A stretch of 32,000 nucleotides of DNA from Desulfobulbus propionicus DSM 2032 (GTDB taxonomy: Bacteria > Desulfobacterota > Desulfobulbia > Desulfobulbales > Desulfobulbaceae). Below, one piece after another: positions 1-8,224 of this stretch. The DNA is taken from contig NC_014972.1 in NCBI RefSeq assembly GCF_000186885.1, forward strand, positions 1,350,001-1,382,000, written 5' to 3'. A model generated the notes under the pieces. That model worked only from the letters and a program-made list of their open reading frames with translations, was not told the DNA's origin and did not search any database. How positions within the stretch are numbered: position 1 is the first letter of the stretch; the number at the start of each line of letters is the position of its first letter. The position numbers were made by a program, and so were the translations under genes.

Positions 1-2891
1 GTCGACCCGACCCCCGGCGCGCTGTCGACCAGGATTTCTCCCCCGTGGTGCTTGACGATGCCATAACTGACCGACAGCCCCAGGCCGGTGCCCTTGACCT
101 CGGGCTTGGAGGTGTAAAAGGGTTGGAAGATCAGCTCCAGCTCCTCCGGGCCGATGCCGCTGCCGGTGTCCTGGATGGCGATGGCCACCTGTTGGTCATC
201 GTGCCAGGTGGTGATGGTGATCATCCCGCCGGGATGGTGACAGGCATCGGCGGCGTTGGTCAGCAGGTTGAGCAGAACCTGCTTGATCTGGTCGGGGACC
301 GCCATGATCTGCGGCAGGTTGTCGGCGAAATTGCGTTGGAGGACGATTCGCTTTTCCTTGAAATCGCTCTTGTGCAACAACAGCAGCGAATTGAGCGAGC
401 GATGCACATCCATCAGCGTCTTCCGCCCGGAGGAAGGGCGGTTGAAATCCTGCAAACCGCGGATCAGTTCCTTGATCCGGTCGCTTTCGGCGATGGCCGC
501 TTCCAGCAGTTCCCGGTCTTCCGCCTCCAGGATGGCTCGTTTCTTCAACCCTTTGAGAACCGAGAGGATACCTTGCAAGGGGTTGTTGAACTCGTGGGCG
601 ATGGAGGCGGACAGTTTGCCGATGGCCGAGAGTTTTTCCGCATGGAGGAATTTTTTCTGGGTTTCCTCCAGCTCCAAGGTACGTTGGGCCACCCGCCGCC
701 CTAGATCCTCGTTGGCGACTTGCAGCTGTTGCTGGGCCATCCGCAGGCCCACTTCGTTTTCCCGCAGGATTTCCGCCTGCTTGCGACTGGTGATGTCGAT
801 GACGATCCCGAGATAGCGAGTGGCCCGGCCGGCATCGTCGAGGATCGGTTTTCCCCGGGACATCAGCCAGCGGCAGTCGCCGCTGCTTGTCACCACCCGC
901 CATTCGGTGTTGATCTCGCCGCCGCCGACCACGGCGTGACGGATGGTTCGTTCCACCCGCTGGATGTCTTCGGGATGGACCACCTGGCGCCAAAGGGCAG
1001 GGGAGGGCTCAGCACTGCCCGGTTCCAGCCCGTACAGGTGCCAAAGCTCCTCGGACCAGGCCATGCCGCCGGTCAACACATCCCATTCCCAGGAGCCGGC
1101 CTGGGCCGCCTCCTGCGCCAGCCGGAGCCGTTCCTCGCCCGCCCGCAGGGCCACCTCGGCCCGTTTGCGCATGAAGGCCTCGACAATCACCGGCGCGAGA
1201 GCTTCCAGGGTTTCCTGCTCGGCCTGGGTGTAGCCGTTTGCCCGGTTGGCCACCCCCACCATGCCAATCACCTTTCCATTCTGGCGCAGAGGCACCCCGA
1301 GGAAGGTCTCCACCGGCGGATGGCCTGGAGGAAAGCCGATCCGGTCCGGATGGTTGGCCGGGTCATTGGTGAACAGGGACTGGCCGTCGAGCAAAACGCG
1401 ACCATAGAGGCCGTGGAGCTTGAAGTTGCCGGGCGGCTGGTGGCGGTTGCCGTTGTCGGCGATGGAGCAGGCCGCCCAGCCTGGGTCGCTGATGGCGATG
1501 TCGTGCAGGCCGCGGTCGTTGACCTCGCCGATGAAACCGAAGTCGCTGGCGGTCAATTGCTGGACAATCTCCAGGCAGATCGCTCCCAGTTCCTGCTCGG
1601 TCTGGCAGTTGAGGGTGGCCGCGAGCAAGTGATTGATGCCTTGCAACGTGCTGTATTGCCGCTGCCTGTCGGCTTCCAACCGCTTTTGCTCGCTGATGTC
1701 GCGGACGGAAACCACGGCGCCGATAATCGTACCCCGTTTGTCGCGAATGGGGCCAAAGCTGTAGCTGCCCATCCACGTTTGCGTGGTGTCTCTCCGCCGG
1801 AGCGTGTATTCCGCGTTGCTGACCGCCTCGCCGCGCAGCGCCCGCATGACCGGCCAGTTTTCCGGCGGCATCGGTTCGCCGTCGGCCGAGGACAGCTCGA
1901 GCACGGCCAGGTATTCGGCCAGGGTTCGGGGGCAGTCGTTTTTGTCGGGAAATTTGTGGAAGACCGCGAAGGCGTCGTTAAATCGTACCAGCCGCCCATC
2001 GGTATCGGCAATAAACACCGCGTCGGTCATGCTTGCCAACGCCGCCTCCAAGGTGGCCTGGCTGGCGCGCAACGCCTCCTCCATCCGCTTGCGAGGGGTG
2101 ATGTTATTGCCCACCGAGAGGATTTCCCGCACCTCGCCATGGTCGTCACAGATGGCCTTGTTGGTCCAGTGTACCCACACCCTGCGGCCGTCGCGGCAGA
2201 GATTTTCATTTTGATTGGTGAGATACCGATCGGGGTGGCGGACGATGTCCTCGGTCAGCCCGGAGAGATCGGAGCCGTTGAAATCCTGCTCCGGCAGCAG
2301 CAGGTTGATGGGTTTGCCCACGATCTCGGCTGCGGGGTAGCCGAAAAAATGCTCGGCAAAGGCATTGAAAAACAAAATGGTGCCGTCCTCTTTCCAGCGA
2401 ATGATGGCGCTGTTGGCGTTTTGCACCAGCTGGCGGTAACGTTCCTCGCTTTCCTGAAGCGCGTCCTCCGTCTTCCGCCGCTGGGTGATGTCGATGAGCA
2501 CCATGTGAACGCGGGGCATGCCGTCCTGATCCGCGTTCAGAGTGCCGTTGCAATACGCTAGGAAGACCGACCCCTGGGGGCCCAACAAGCGGAGCTCGCA
2601 TTCCTGCGGTTGCCCGCTGGCAAGGAGCTGCTCGTGGAAGGCGGCGTGGATTTCCTGGTCGGCGGGCAGGATGCAGGCGGAGAACATCCGGTGAGGCAAC
2701 GTTTCAAGAGGGAGGCCAAGCATGTGGGCGGTGGCGCGATTGGCCTCTACCAGCCGGCCGTGACTGTCGAGGGTAAACCAGCCGACTGTGGCCAACGGGT
2801 GGTGGTCAGCGTGGTGAGGATCGACGGTTGCCGGGGCGCTGCTCAGGTCCGAGTCGACCGGTTTTTTCTTGTGGGTTTCTGTGCTGGCCAT
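1..2891 (-). CDS. PAS/GAF-domain sensor histidine kinase, C-terminus truncated by the left window edge
   Basis: Manual reverse-strand translation is open from ATG at 2891 (MASTETHKKKPVDSDLSS...) to the window edge: PAS (GWFTLDSHGRLVEANRATAHML), further PAS domains, GAF-like segment, H-box (KLSAIGKLSASIAHEFNNPLQGILSVLKG), N/G boxes (NLLTNAADA, GTGLGLSVSYGIV). GGAG precedes the ATG. It is absent from the ORF track because it has no stop inside the window. Confidence 0.93.
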   Translation of the reverse strand, partial: MASTETHKKKPVDSDLSSAPATVDPHHADHHPLATVGWFTLDSHGRLVEANRATAHMLGLPLETLPHRMFSACILPADQEIHAAFHEQLLASGQPQECELRLLGPQGSVFLAYCNGTLNADQDGMPRVHMVLIDITQRRKTEDALQESEERYRQLVQNANSAIIRWKEDGTILFFNAFAEHFFGYPAAEIVGKPINLLLPEQDFNGSDLSGLTEDIVRHPDRYLTNQNENLCRDGRRVWVHWTNKAICDDHGEVREILSVGNNITPRKRMEEALRASQATLEAALASMTDAVFIADTDGRLVRFNDAFAVFHKFPDKNDCPRTLAEYLAVLELSSADGEPMPPENWPVMRALRGEAVSNAEYTLRRRDTTQTWMGSYSFGPIRDKRGTIIGAVVSVRDISEQKRLEADRQRQYSTLQGINHLLAATLNCQTEQELGAICLEIVQQLTASDFGFIGEVNDRGLHDIAISDPGWAACSIADNGNRHQPPGNFKLHGLYGRVLLDGQSLFTNDPANHPDRIGFPPGHPPVETFLGVPLRQNGKVIGMVGVANRANGYTQAEQETLEALAPVIVEAFMRKRAEVALRAGEERLRLAQEAAQAGSWEWDVLTGGMAWSEELWHLYGLEPGSAEPSPALWRQVVHPEDIQRVERTIRHAVVGGGEINTEWRVVTSSGDCRWLMSRGKPILDDAGRATRYLGIVIDITSRKQAEILRENEVGLRMAQQQLQVANEDLGRRVAQRTLELEETQKKFLHAEKLSAIGKLSASIAHEFNNPLQGILSVLKGLKKRAILEAEDRELLEAAIAESDRIKELIRGLQDFNRPSSGRKTLMDVHRSLNSLLLLHKSDFKEKRIVLQRNFADNLPQIMAVPDQIKQVLLNLLTNAADACHHPGGMITITTWHDDQQVAIAIQDTGSGIGPEELELIFQPFYTSKPEVKGTGLGLSVSYGIVKHHGGEILVDSAPGVGS

Positions 2892-3459
2892 GGGTAGCTC
2901 CATCCGTTGCCGACGGCATGTTTTCCGCTTGGAAATGCAACCAGTCCTTCCCCTCGCCCGTGAGCAAACAGCTCGATGAGCGCTGCTGTCCGTCCTACTT
3001 CTTGTTCATCACGCTCCCCTCCACAATCCGTTGACACCTTGCTTCCAACTACTGCCGTGCCAGGCCGAAACCTGCCACTGCGGCGGGGCGCTCAGGGTGG
3101 CAGGCGACACGTTGATTGATCAAAGATAAAGATAAACCTATTTCTCGCCTGGTGAAAGGCGATTTCCGACCGGGGGAGGATTTTTTCCTCAATGATCATG
3201 TACGGCTAGGGTTGAGCAATAAGCATGTTGCCATCTGCTGTTCGCGCATCCTTCTCTCCATTTTCTCTTCACTTTCTCTCCATTGATCTTTCTTGTTCAT
3301 GATGCATATTTTTTTTATTATAAAAACGTACTGTCCAGCCCCTTTGCTCTTCAAAAGGAGAAAGGAAGCGGCCCCAAGACGGGCTCTTCATTCCTCCTTC
3401 GGCAGCCGACACAAGGCGTATCGTGCGGTATCCCCATAACCTGAGATCCAGGAGGCATC

Positions 3460-3819
3460 ATGACCCAGCAGAAGTCCTTTACCCAGGTTGAAAACGAGTT
3501 GATCTCCAAATTCAGGAAAAAAGTGAACGAGGCCGAGTCCACCGAGGACGTGAAAAAGGCATTTGTCTGGTGTGTGCAGGAACTGTTCACCAAAATTTCC
3601 GAGGGGGCGATTACGCTCCGCGCCGACGAGCTGCGGCTGCAACTGGAAGGCGAGCCCTTTGTCATCGATGAAACGCTCCGGGCCGGGGAAGCCTTTGCCG
3701 GGGTGTGGAACAACTCCGACCTTCCACGGATTGTTGGTCGTTTTGCCGAGCTGGCCGTGAACCAGTACCGGCATTTGGCCAAAAATCCCGCCCGGACCGA
3801 AGCAAAAATCAGAAACTGA
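3460..3819 (+). CDS. Conserved-looking small soluble protein of unknown function
   Basis: 119 aa ORF MTQQKSFTQVENELISKFRKKVNEAESTEDVKKAF...; 'ccaggaggcatc' SD just upstream; followed directly by a lipoprotein gene. Confidence 0.75.
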   Translation: MTQQKSFTQVENELISKFRKKVNEAESTEDVKKAFVWCVQELFTKISEGAITLRADELRLQLEGEPFVIDETLRAGEAFAGVWNNSDLPRIVGRFAELAVNQYRHLAKNPARTEAKIRN

Positions 3820-3841
3820 CCGACCCAAGGGGAGGAACGCG

Positions 3842-4279
3842 ATGCGATATCTACTGTTGATTCTGCTTCTCGTCGTTCTTGCCGGCGGCGGGTGCGCCAC
3901 CAAAGGACAGACGGGCGCGGCCGGCGGCGCGGCGGTGGGCGCGGCGATTGGCCAGGCGATTGGCCATGATACCGGCGCTACCCTGATCGGCGCCGCGGTC
4001 GGCACCCTGGTTGGCTATATCGTTGGCAACGAGATGGACACGTACGACCGCGAACAACTCAACCACAGCTATGAGCGCGGGGTGTCGCATCAACCCTCCG
4101 CGTGGGTGAATCCGGACAAGGGAAACCAGTACCGGGTGGTGCCCGAACCAGCGTATCAAAATCCGACCACGCAACAGGTGTGCCGCCGCGCGGAAATCAA
4201 CGTGGTCATCAACGGCAAGGCGGAAAAGACCCAAGCCACGGCCTGCCGCGATCGGGACGGACACTGGGAAATTCAATAA
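3842..4279 (+). CDS. Glycine-zipper outer membrane lipoprotein (17 kDa surface antigen-like)
   Basis: Lipobox LAGGGC, glycine zipper GAAGGAAVGAAIGQAIGHDTGATLIGAAVGTLVGYIVGNEMD; SD ggaggaacgcg. Confidence 0.85.
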   Translation: MRYLLLILLLVVLAGGGCATKGQTGAAGGAAVGAAIGQAIGHDTGATLIGAAVGTLVGYIVGNEMDTYDREQLNHSYERGVSHQPSAWVNPDKGNQYRVVPEPAYQNPTTQQVCRRAEINVVINGKAEKTQATACRDRDGHWEIQ

Positions 4280-4307
4280 CCACGGAGTTCGCAACGGTTT
4301 TTTCACC

Positions 4308-4338
4308 GGCTTGCCTCGATTCAGGGGCAAGCCTTTTT
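4308..4338 (+). terminator. Rho-independent terminator of the 3460-4279 gene pair
   Basis: Perfect 8 bp stem GGCTTGCC (4308-4315)/GGCAAGCC (4326-4333), 10 nt loop, followed by TTTTT. Confidence 0.9.
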
Positions 4339-4419
4339 GCTGGTTGTTCAACCGAATGGCCCATTTGTGCGCGGTGCGGTCAGGGAAAGACAGCGAGGCG
4401 GCCAAGGGAGAGAGGAAAC

Positions 4420-5190
4420 ATGGCGGAGGTTCGAGGCAAGGTGGTGGTGGTCACCGGCGGCGGCCAGGGAATCGGGCGCGGCATCGTCGAGTTGCTGCTG
4501 GAGCGGGAAGCCGCGGTGGTGATTGCCGATTGTGATCGGCAAGCCGGGGAAGAGCTGGCGGCCCGGCTCGATACGCCTGAACGAGTCTGTTTCATCCACG
4601 CCGATGTTGGCGACGAGGAGTCGGTCGCTGGCTGCATTCGCGCCAGCGTGGCCCGGTTCGGCGGTGTGGATGGCCTGGTCAACAATGCCGGCATTGCCGA
4701 TCCCGGGGCCACGCCGGTCACCGAGCTCGCGCTTGCCCAGTGGGAGCGGATGCTGCGCACCAATCTGACCGGCGCGTTTCTCATGGCCAAACATGCGGTG
4801 CCGCACCTGCAGCAGCGGCGGGGGGCCATCGTCAACATCGCCTCCACCCGCGCCCTGCAGTCGGAGGCCAACACCGAGGCCTATACCGCCTCCAAGGGCG
4901 GTTTGGTTGCCCTCACCCATGCCTTGGCCATCAGCCTTGCCCACCGCATCCGGGTCAACGTGATCCTTCCCGGCTGGATCGATGTCCGCGCCTATCGGAA
5001 AGCAGCCGTGCCGGACCTCGCGCCGCTGACCGACGCGGATCATCTCCAGCATCCGGCTGGCCGGGTGGGAGTGCCGCGCGACATTGCCAGCCTGACCGCC
5101 TATCTGCTGTCCGAGGAGGCCGCCTTCATCACCGGCCAGTCCTTTGTGGTCGATGGCGGCATGACCAGGAAAATGATCTATGTGGAATGA
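4420..5190 (+). CDS. Short-chain dehydrogenase/reductase (SDR)
   Basis: Translation from internal ATG at 4420: MAEVRGKVVVVTGGGQGIGRGIVELLL (Rossmann TGxxxGIG), NNAG, YTASKGG active site, SD gggagagagg. The track ORF from 4102 is an artificial N-terminal extension. Confidence 0.93.
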   Translation: MAEVRGKVVVVTGGGQGIGRGIVELLLEREAAVVIADCDRQAGEELAARLDTPERVCFIHADVGDEESVAGCIRASVARFGGVDGLVNNAGIADPGATPVTELALAQWERMLRTNLTGAFLMAKHAVPHLQQRRGAIVNIASTRALQSEANTEAYTASKGGLVALTHALAISLAHRIRVNVILPGWIDVRAYRKAAVPDLAPLTDADHLQHPAGRVGVPRDIASLTAYLLSEEAAFITGQSFVVDGGMTRKMIYVE

Positions 5191-5259
5191 TCGCGCGGGC
5201 AGGTGAAGAACGGCTGTGCCCCTCGGCGGGCGAGGCGTGGCCGATGTGTTCACCGGGGG

Positions 5260-6204
5260 TCAGCGTCCGCCCCGGCCTCCACCGCCACCCCCTCCTTTTC
5301 CTCCGGAACCGCCGCCCCCACCTTTGCCTCCGGCGCCGCCGGAATGGCCTGATTTGCCACCGCCCGCGCCATTGCCGCCGCTCCCGCCGGAGCTGCTTCC
5401 TCCCGAGACCCCATGATGTGCATTGTTGTTTGAGGTTCCCGGAGCGGAAGGATGGCCGTATCCCTTCAACTGTCCCGCAGGGACGCCCTGGTCGATGGCG
5501 TGCAAATAGCCCTGGGCGACCGCTTCCGTGTTTGCCTGCAGGCGCTGCTCATTGAAGGTCAGCCGCAGGGTTTGCATATCCTGTTCCGCGTAGCCGCGGG
5601 CCAAGGCGCGGGTGACGGTTGCCGCCGCTGTTGGTGAGGTGACACCTACCCGTACCATGTCGCGCACCGTCATCATGGTCGCCGTGGCCAAACGCAGGCC
5701 GTCTTCTTCGCCCATTGCCTGGGTATGCTTCTGGAGGGCGGCGGCAGTCTGTTCGGCGTCGCCGTGGGTGAGGCCGGAGGTCAGGCTGTCGGCGACGATG
5801 TTCGCCAGCTGCCGTTGGGAATCCCGTGCCATGGTTGTCGCGATGTTCATGGCAAAGGCATGGCGTTCCCGTACCTTGGTGACGGCATGGACAATGGCTC
5901 TCGGTTCGGCCTGTTTGGCGATTCCCTCGTGCACCTTGCTGTCGATCGCGGCGAGACTCTGCGGCTCGCGCTGCGCCGCCTGCACCTGATGGACAATTTC
6001 TCCCATGTCGGCTAATCCAAAACGCGCCTCCGCCATCCCATCCACCAGGTTGACCGCCTCCTGTTCGCTCATGCCCGCCCGGACAAGTTGCCGGACCACG
6101 GCTTGCCGTTCGGGTCCGACCGAAGCGGTTCCCGTTTCCTCGCTTCTGGCTGACCCTAGCGTCATCATCAGCAGGAGGAGTGCGTATATCATGTGCTTAG
6201 ACAT
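5260..6204 (-). CDS. Exported helical protein with polyglycine/Ser/Lys C-terminal tail, last gene of ECF sigma cluster
   Basis: Likely start MSKHMIYALLLLMMTLGSARSEE (signal peptide) at 6204 with upstream aggaaaggg SD; tail GVSGGSSSGGSGGNGAGGGKSGHSGGAGGKGGGGGSGGKGGGGGGGRGGR. Confidence 0.75.
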   Translation of the reverse strand: MSKHMIYALLLLMMTLGSARSEETGTASVGPERQAVVRQLVRAGMSEQEAVNLVDGMAEARFGLADMGEIVHQVQAAQREPQSLAAIDSKVHEGIAKQAEPRAIVHAVTKVRERHAFAMNIATTMARDSQRQLANIVADSLTSGLTHGDAEQTAAALQKHTQAMGEEDGLRLATATMMTVRDMVRVGVTSPTAAATVTRALARGYAEQDMQTLRLTFNEQRLQANTEAVAQGYLHAIDQGVPAGQLKGYGHPSAPGTSNNNAHHGVSGGSSSGGSGGNGAGGGKSGHSGGAGGKGGGGGSGGKGGGGGGGRGGR

Positions 6205-6262
6205 CCCTTTCCTCTTGAATCGTTGTTGTCGTGTTCCTTGAACCATGTTCGTGCTCTGCCTC

Positions 6263-6583
6263 CTAGGGGAGATTCCTGCAATTGACAGAGCCGAAATCGT
6301 CGCTGACCTTGAATCGGCAATCCGGCACCATGACTTGGCCATCCACCAGGTAGAAATATTGAAATTCGATATTGGGCAAGCCGCTTACCAGCCAGGTGCC
6401 CTCCCGGTTTCTGGCTGCATGGTGGACGGCGAAGCGATCAATGGAGCTCGCGAACCGCACCGTGGCCGCCTTGGGTGCGCGCAGGGTCAGGGTGACGGTA
6501 TCGTCGTGCACGACGGCCGTGTGCTGGGGGGCGCAGCCCCCTAACAGCCCCACAAAGGGAACGATCAGGAGCAAACGGATCAT
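6263..6583 (-). CDS. Small lipoprotein with degenerate CBM48/AMPK1-type E-set domain
   Basis: MIRLLLIVPFVGLLGGC lipobox; VTLTLRAPKAATVRFASSIDRFA...LPNIEFQYFYLVDGQVMVPDCR resembles the C-terminal domain of the adjacent anti-sigma protein; ATGA overlap with the upstream gene. Confidence 0.75.
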   Translation of the reverse strand: MIRLLLIVPFVGLLGGCAPQHTAVVHDDTVTLTLRAPKAATVRFASSIDRFAVHHAARNREGTWLVSGLPNIEFQYFYLVDGQVMVPDCRFKVSDDFGSVNCRNLP

Positions 6584-7161
6584 ATGGACGCTCCGATCTC
6601 GATCACCGAGTTTTCGCCCCCGAAATCATCCTGTTCGCGGAGCACGACCGTGGGATCGGCAATTTTGCGGCCATCACCGACCAGATAACTGTAGCGGTGT
6701 TCGCCTGGAGGAACCCTCAAGGTGAGGGTCCAGTAACCGCTGGTGCCCACCGGTTCCATGACCACGGGACGCCAATCGGTAAAGGTGCCGACAATGCGTG
6801 CCTGGGTGGTGTCGGGAAAATAGACCACGAAACGGTGCGGTTCCGTCACCTTGATTGGATGTTCCGGATGCTCCGGCCGCAGCAGCGCGAACAGCGCCAC
6901 CAGCAGACCGGCGGCCGCAACGCCCGCAAGCGGTTTCAGCCAAGATAGCCACCCGCGCGGTTCAGCCTCCGTGGTCTTGGCACAGGTCGGCACGGGCAAC
7001 GGCGGCGCAGGCAGGACCACGCGCAGCCGCTGTTCCTGTCTGAGCAGGGCGATTGCTTCCTCGGTAAAGGCCCTGTCGGCGTGCACGGTTTCGACAAAGG
7101 TGATTTTCTCATCCAGATCCAGTGCATTGTCGATGTAGAGACTGATCAAATAATCGTTCAT
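6580..7161 (-). CDS. Transmembrane anti-sigma factor-like protein with C-terminal CBM48/AMPK1 (isoamylase early set) domain
   Basis: MNDYLISLYIDNALDLDEKITFVETVHADRAF (anti-sigma-like N-term), TM LAGVAAAGLLVALFALL, HRFVVYFPDTTQARIVGTFTDWRPVVMEPVGTSGYWTLTLRVPPGEHRYSYLVGDGRKIADP; ATGA overlap with the sigma gene at 7158-7161. Confidence 0.82.
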   Translation of the reverse strand: MNDYLISLYIDNALDLDEKITFVETVHADRAFTEEAIALLRQEQRLRVVLPAPPLPVPTCAKTTEAEPRGWLSWLKPLAGVAAAGLLVALFALLRPEHPEHPIKVTEPHRFVVYFPDTTQARIVGTFTDWRPVVMEPVGTSGYWTLTLRVPPGEHRYSYLVGDGRKIADPTVVLREQDDFGGENSVIEIGASI

Positions 7162-7634
7162 CTCTGCTCCTTGGAGACGAGCTGTCGGAGTTTTTGCCGG
7201 GCCCGGTGAACCCGCACTTTGATGGTTGCCTCGCTGCATCCCCTGACGGCGGCAATATCCTTGTAGGTCATGTCGCTGCTCACCACCAGGGCAAGAATGT
7301 CCCGATCCTCATCGTCAAGCTGCTGCAAGGCGTCGAGCATCCTGCGGGAATCCTCGCGCAGGATATACGCCTGTTCCTCATCCACCGCTGTCGCTGGCAG
7401 CAAGCTGGCGGCATCAGCCTTTTGCCGCCGTTGACGGACATGATCATAATAGAGATTGCGGCCAATGGTGAACAGGAGGGCAAGACTCAACTCCCGCAGG
7501 CGGTATCGTTCGATATAGCGGGTGAAGGTCTCCTGCGTCAGATCGGCGGCCAGGGCTTGATTGCCTGATTTGCGCAGCAAGTAGCCAAACAGCTTGTCTC
7601 TGTGTTCGCTATAAAAACGGTGAAATCGCTCCAT
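7158..7634 (-). CDS. ECF-type RNA polymerase sigma factor
   Basis: 158 aa: ADLTQETFTRYIERYR (region 2), DRDILALVVSSDMTYKDIAAVRGCSEATIKVRVHRARQKLR (region 4 HTH). Confidence 0.92.
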   Translation of the reverse strand: MERFHRFYSEHRDKLFGYLLRKSGNQALAADLTQETFTRYIERYRLRELSLALLFTIGRNLYYDHVRQRRQKADAASLLPATAVDEEQAYILREDSRRMLDALQQLDDEDRDILALVVSSDMTYKDIAAVRGCSEATIKVRVHRARQKLRQLVSKEQR

Positions 7635-7644
7635 GTTTGCCTTG

Positions 7645-7672
7645 ATAACCCTTCGCGTGTCGGAGAGTTACA
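7645..7672 (-). promoter_or_regulatory. Candidate ECF promoter P3 upstream of the sigma gene
   Basis: Minus strand TGTAAC-TCTCCGACACGCGAAG(16)-GGTTAT; same -35-like hexamer and exact spacing as the motifs at 7713 and 9466. Very close to the start codon, so a weaker call. Confidence 0.45.
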
Positions 7673-7712
7673 ACTTTCTGAAAATCGAGCCATTTTTTCT
7701 TGAGAAAAAAAC

Positions 7713-7739
7713 TGTAACCTTCCGCATGGCCAGACGTTC
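7713..7739 (+). promoter_or_regulatory. Candidate ECF promoter P1 for the small secreted protein gene
   Basis: TGTAAC-CTTCCGCATGGCCAGA(16)-CGTTC, about 90 nt upstream of ATG 7831. Confidence 0.65.
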
Positions 7740-7830
7740 ACAGGATAGCGTCATACATCGACCGGAGAGGTTCACGTTGCGGAGCGACGCGCTTTCCGCC
7801 CTCTCCGATCGCAACACAAGGAGTGCACCT

Positions 7831-8115
7831 ATGCGTACTGGAAAAATCGGAGGAAAAATACTGCTGGTGGCCGGAGCGGTCATCGTCCTGGCGATGCCGG
7901 CCATGGCGGGGAATGGCAAGGGCACCTCGGCGGGCAAGGGGAGCGGTGATCGGACCCGCACCCAGAGCCGGGACGGCTCGTGTCAGGATGCCATCGAGCA
8001 GGGCACGGATGGTCAGTTGCTGGTTGGGGTCAGCGATATGATTCGGATCATGTTCGGCCAGCAAAACGGTGATCTGGAGAGGGATCAACTCCAGGACGGC
8101 TCCTGCCAGGGGTGA
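7831..8115 (+). CDS. Small secreted protein (94 aa), unknown function
   Basis: Start with SD cacaaggag; MRTGKIGGKILLVAGAVIVLAMPAMAGNGKGTSAGKGSGDRTRTQSRDGSCQDAIEQG...; clear signal peptide. The track ORF from 7633 is extended too far upstream. Confidence 0.7.
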   Translation: MRTGKIGGKILLVAGAVIVLAMPAMAGNGKGTSAGKGSGDRTRTQSRDGSCQDAIEQGTDGQLLVGVSDMIRIMFGQQNGDLERDQLQDGSCQG

Positions 8116-8174
8116 GCACCATCGGCCCGGGCGGGGGAAAGGGTGTGCCTCCCTCCGCCCGGCCTCCACGGTGC

Positions 8175-8207
8175 GACCGGAAACGGTTCACTATTCCGTT
8201 TCCGGTC
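8175..8207. terminator. Strong hairpin between convergent genes (probable bidirectional terminator)
   Basis: Perfect 12 bp stem GACCGGAAACGG/CCGTTTCCGGTC with 9 nt loop between stops at 8115(+) and 8225(-); T-tracts are poor. Confidence 0.7.
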
Positions 8208-8224
8208 TTGCGTGACCCGTTTCG

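Noticed and set aside
720-2561. 613 aa plus-strand ORF
   Set aside because: Antisense to the left-edge histidine kinase, which has convincing kinase motifs.
4348-5253. 301 aa minus-strand ORF
   Set aside because: Antisense to the SDR gene, whose motifs and SD are clear.
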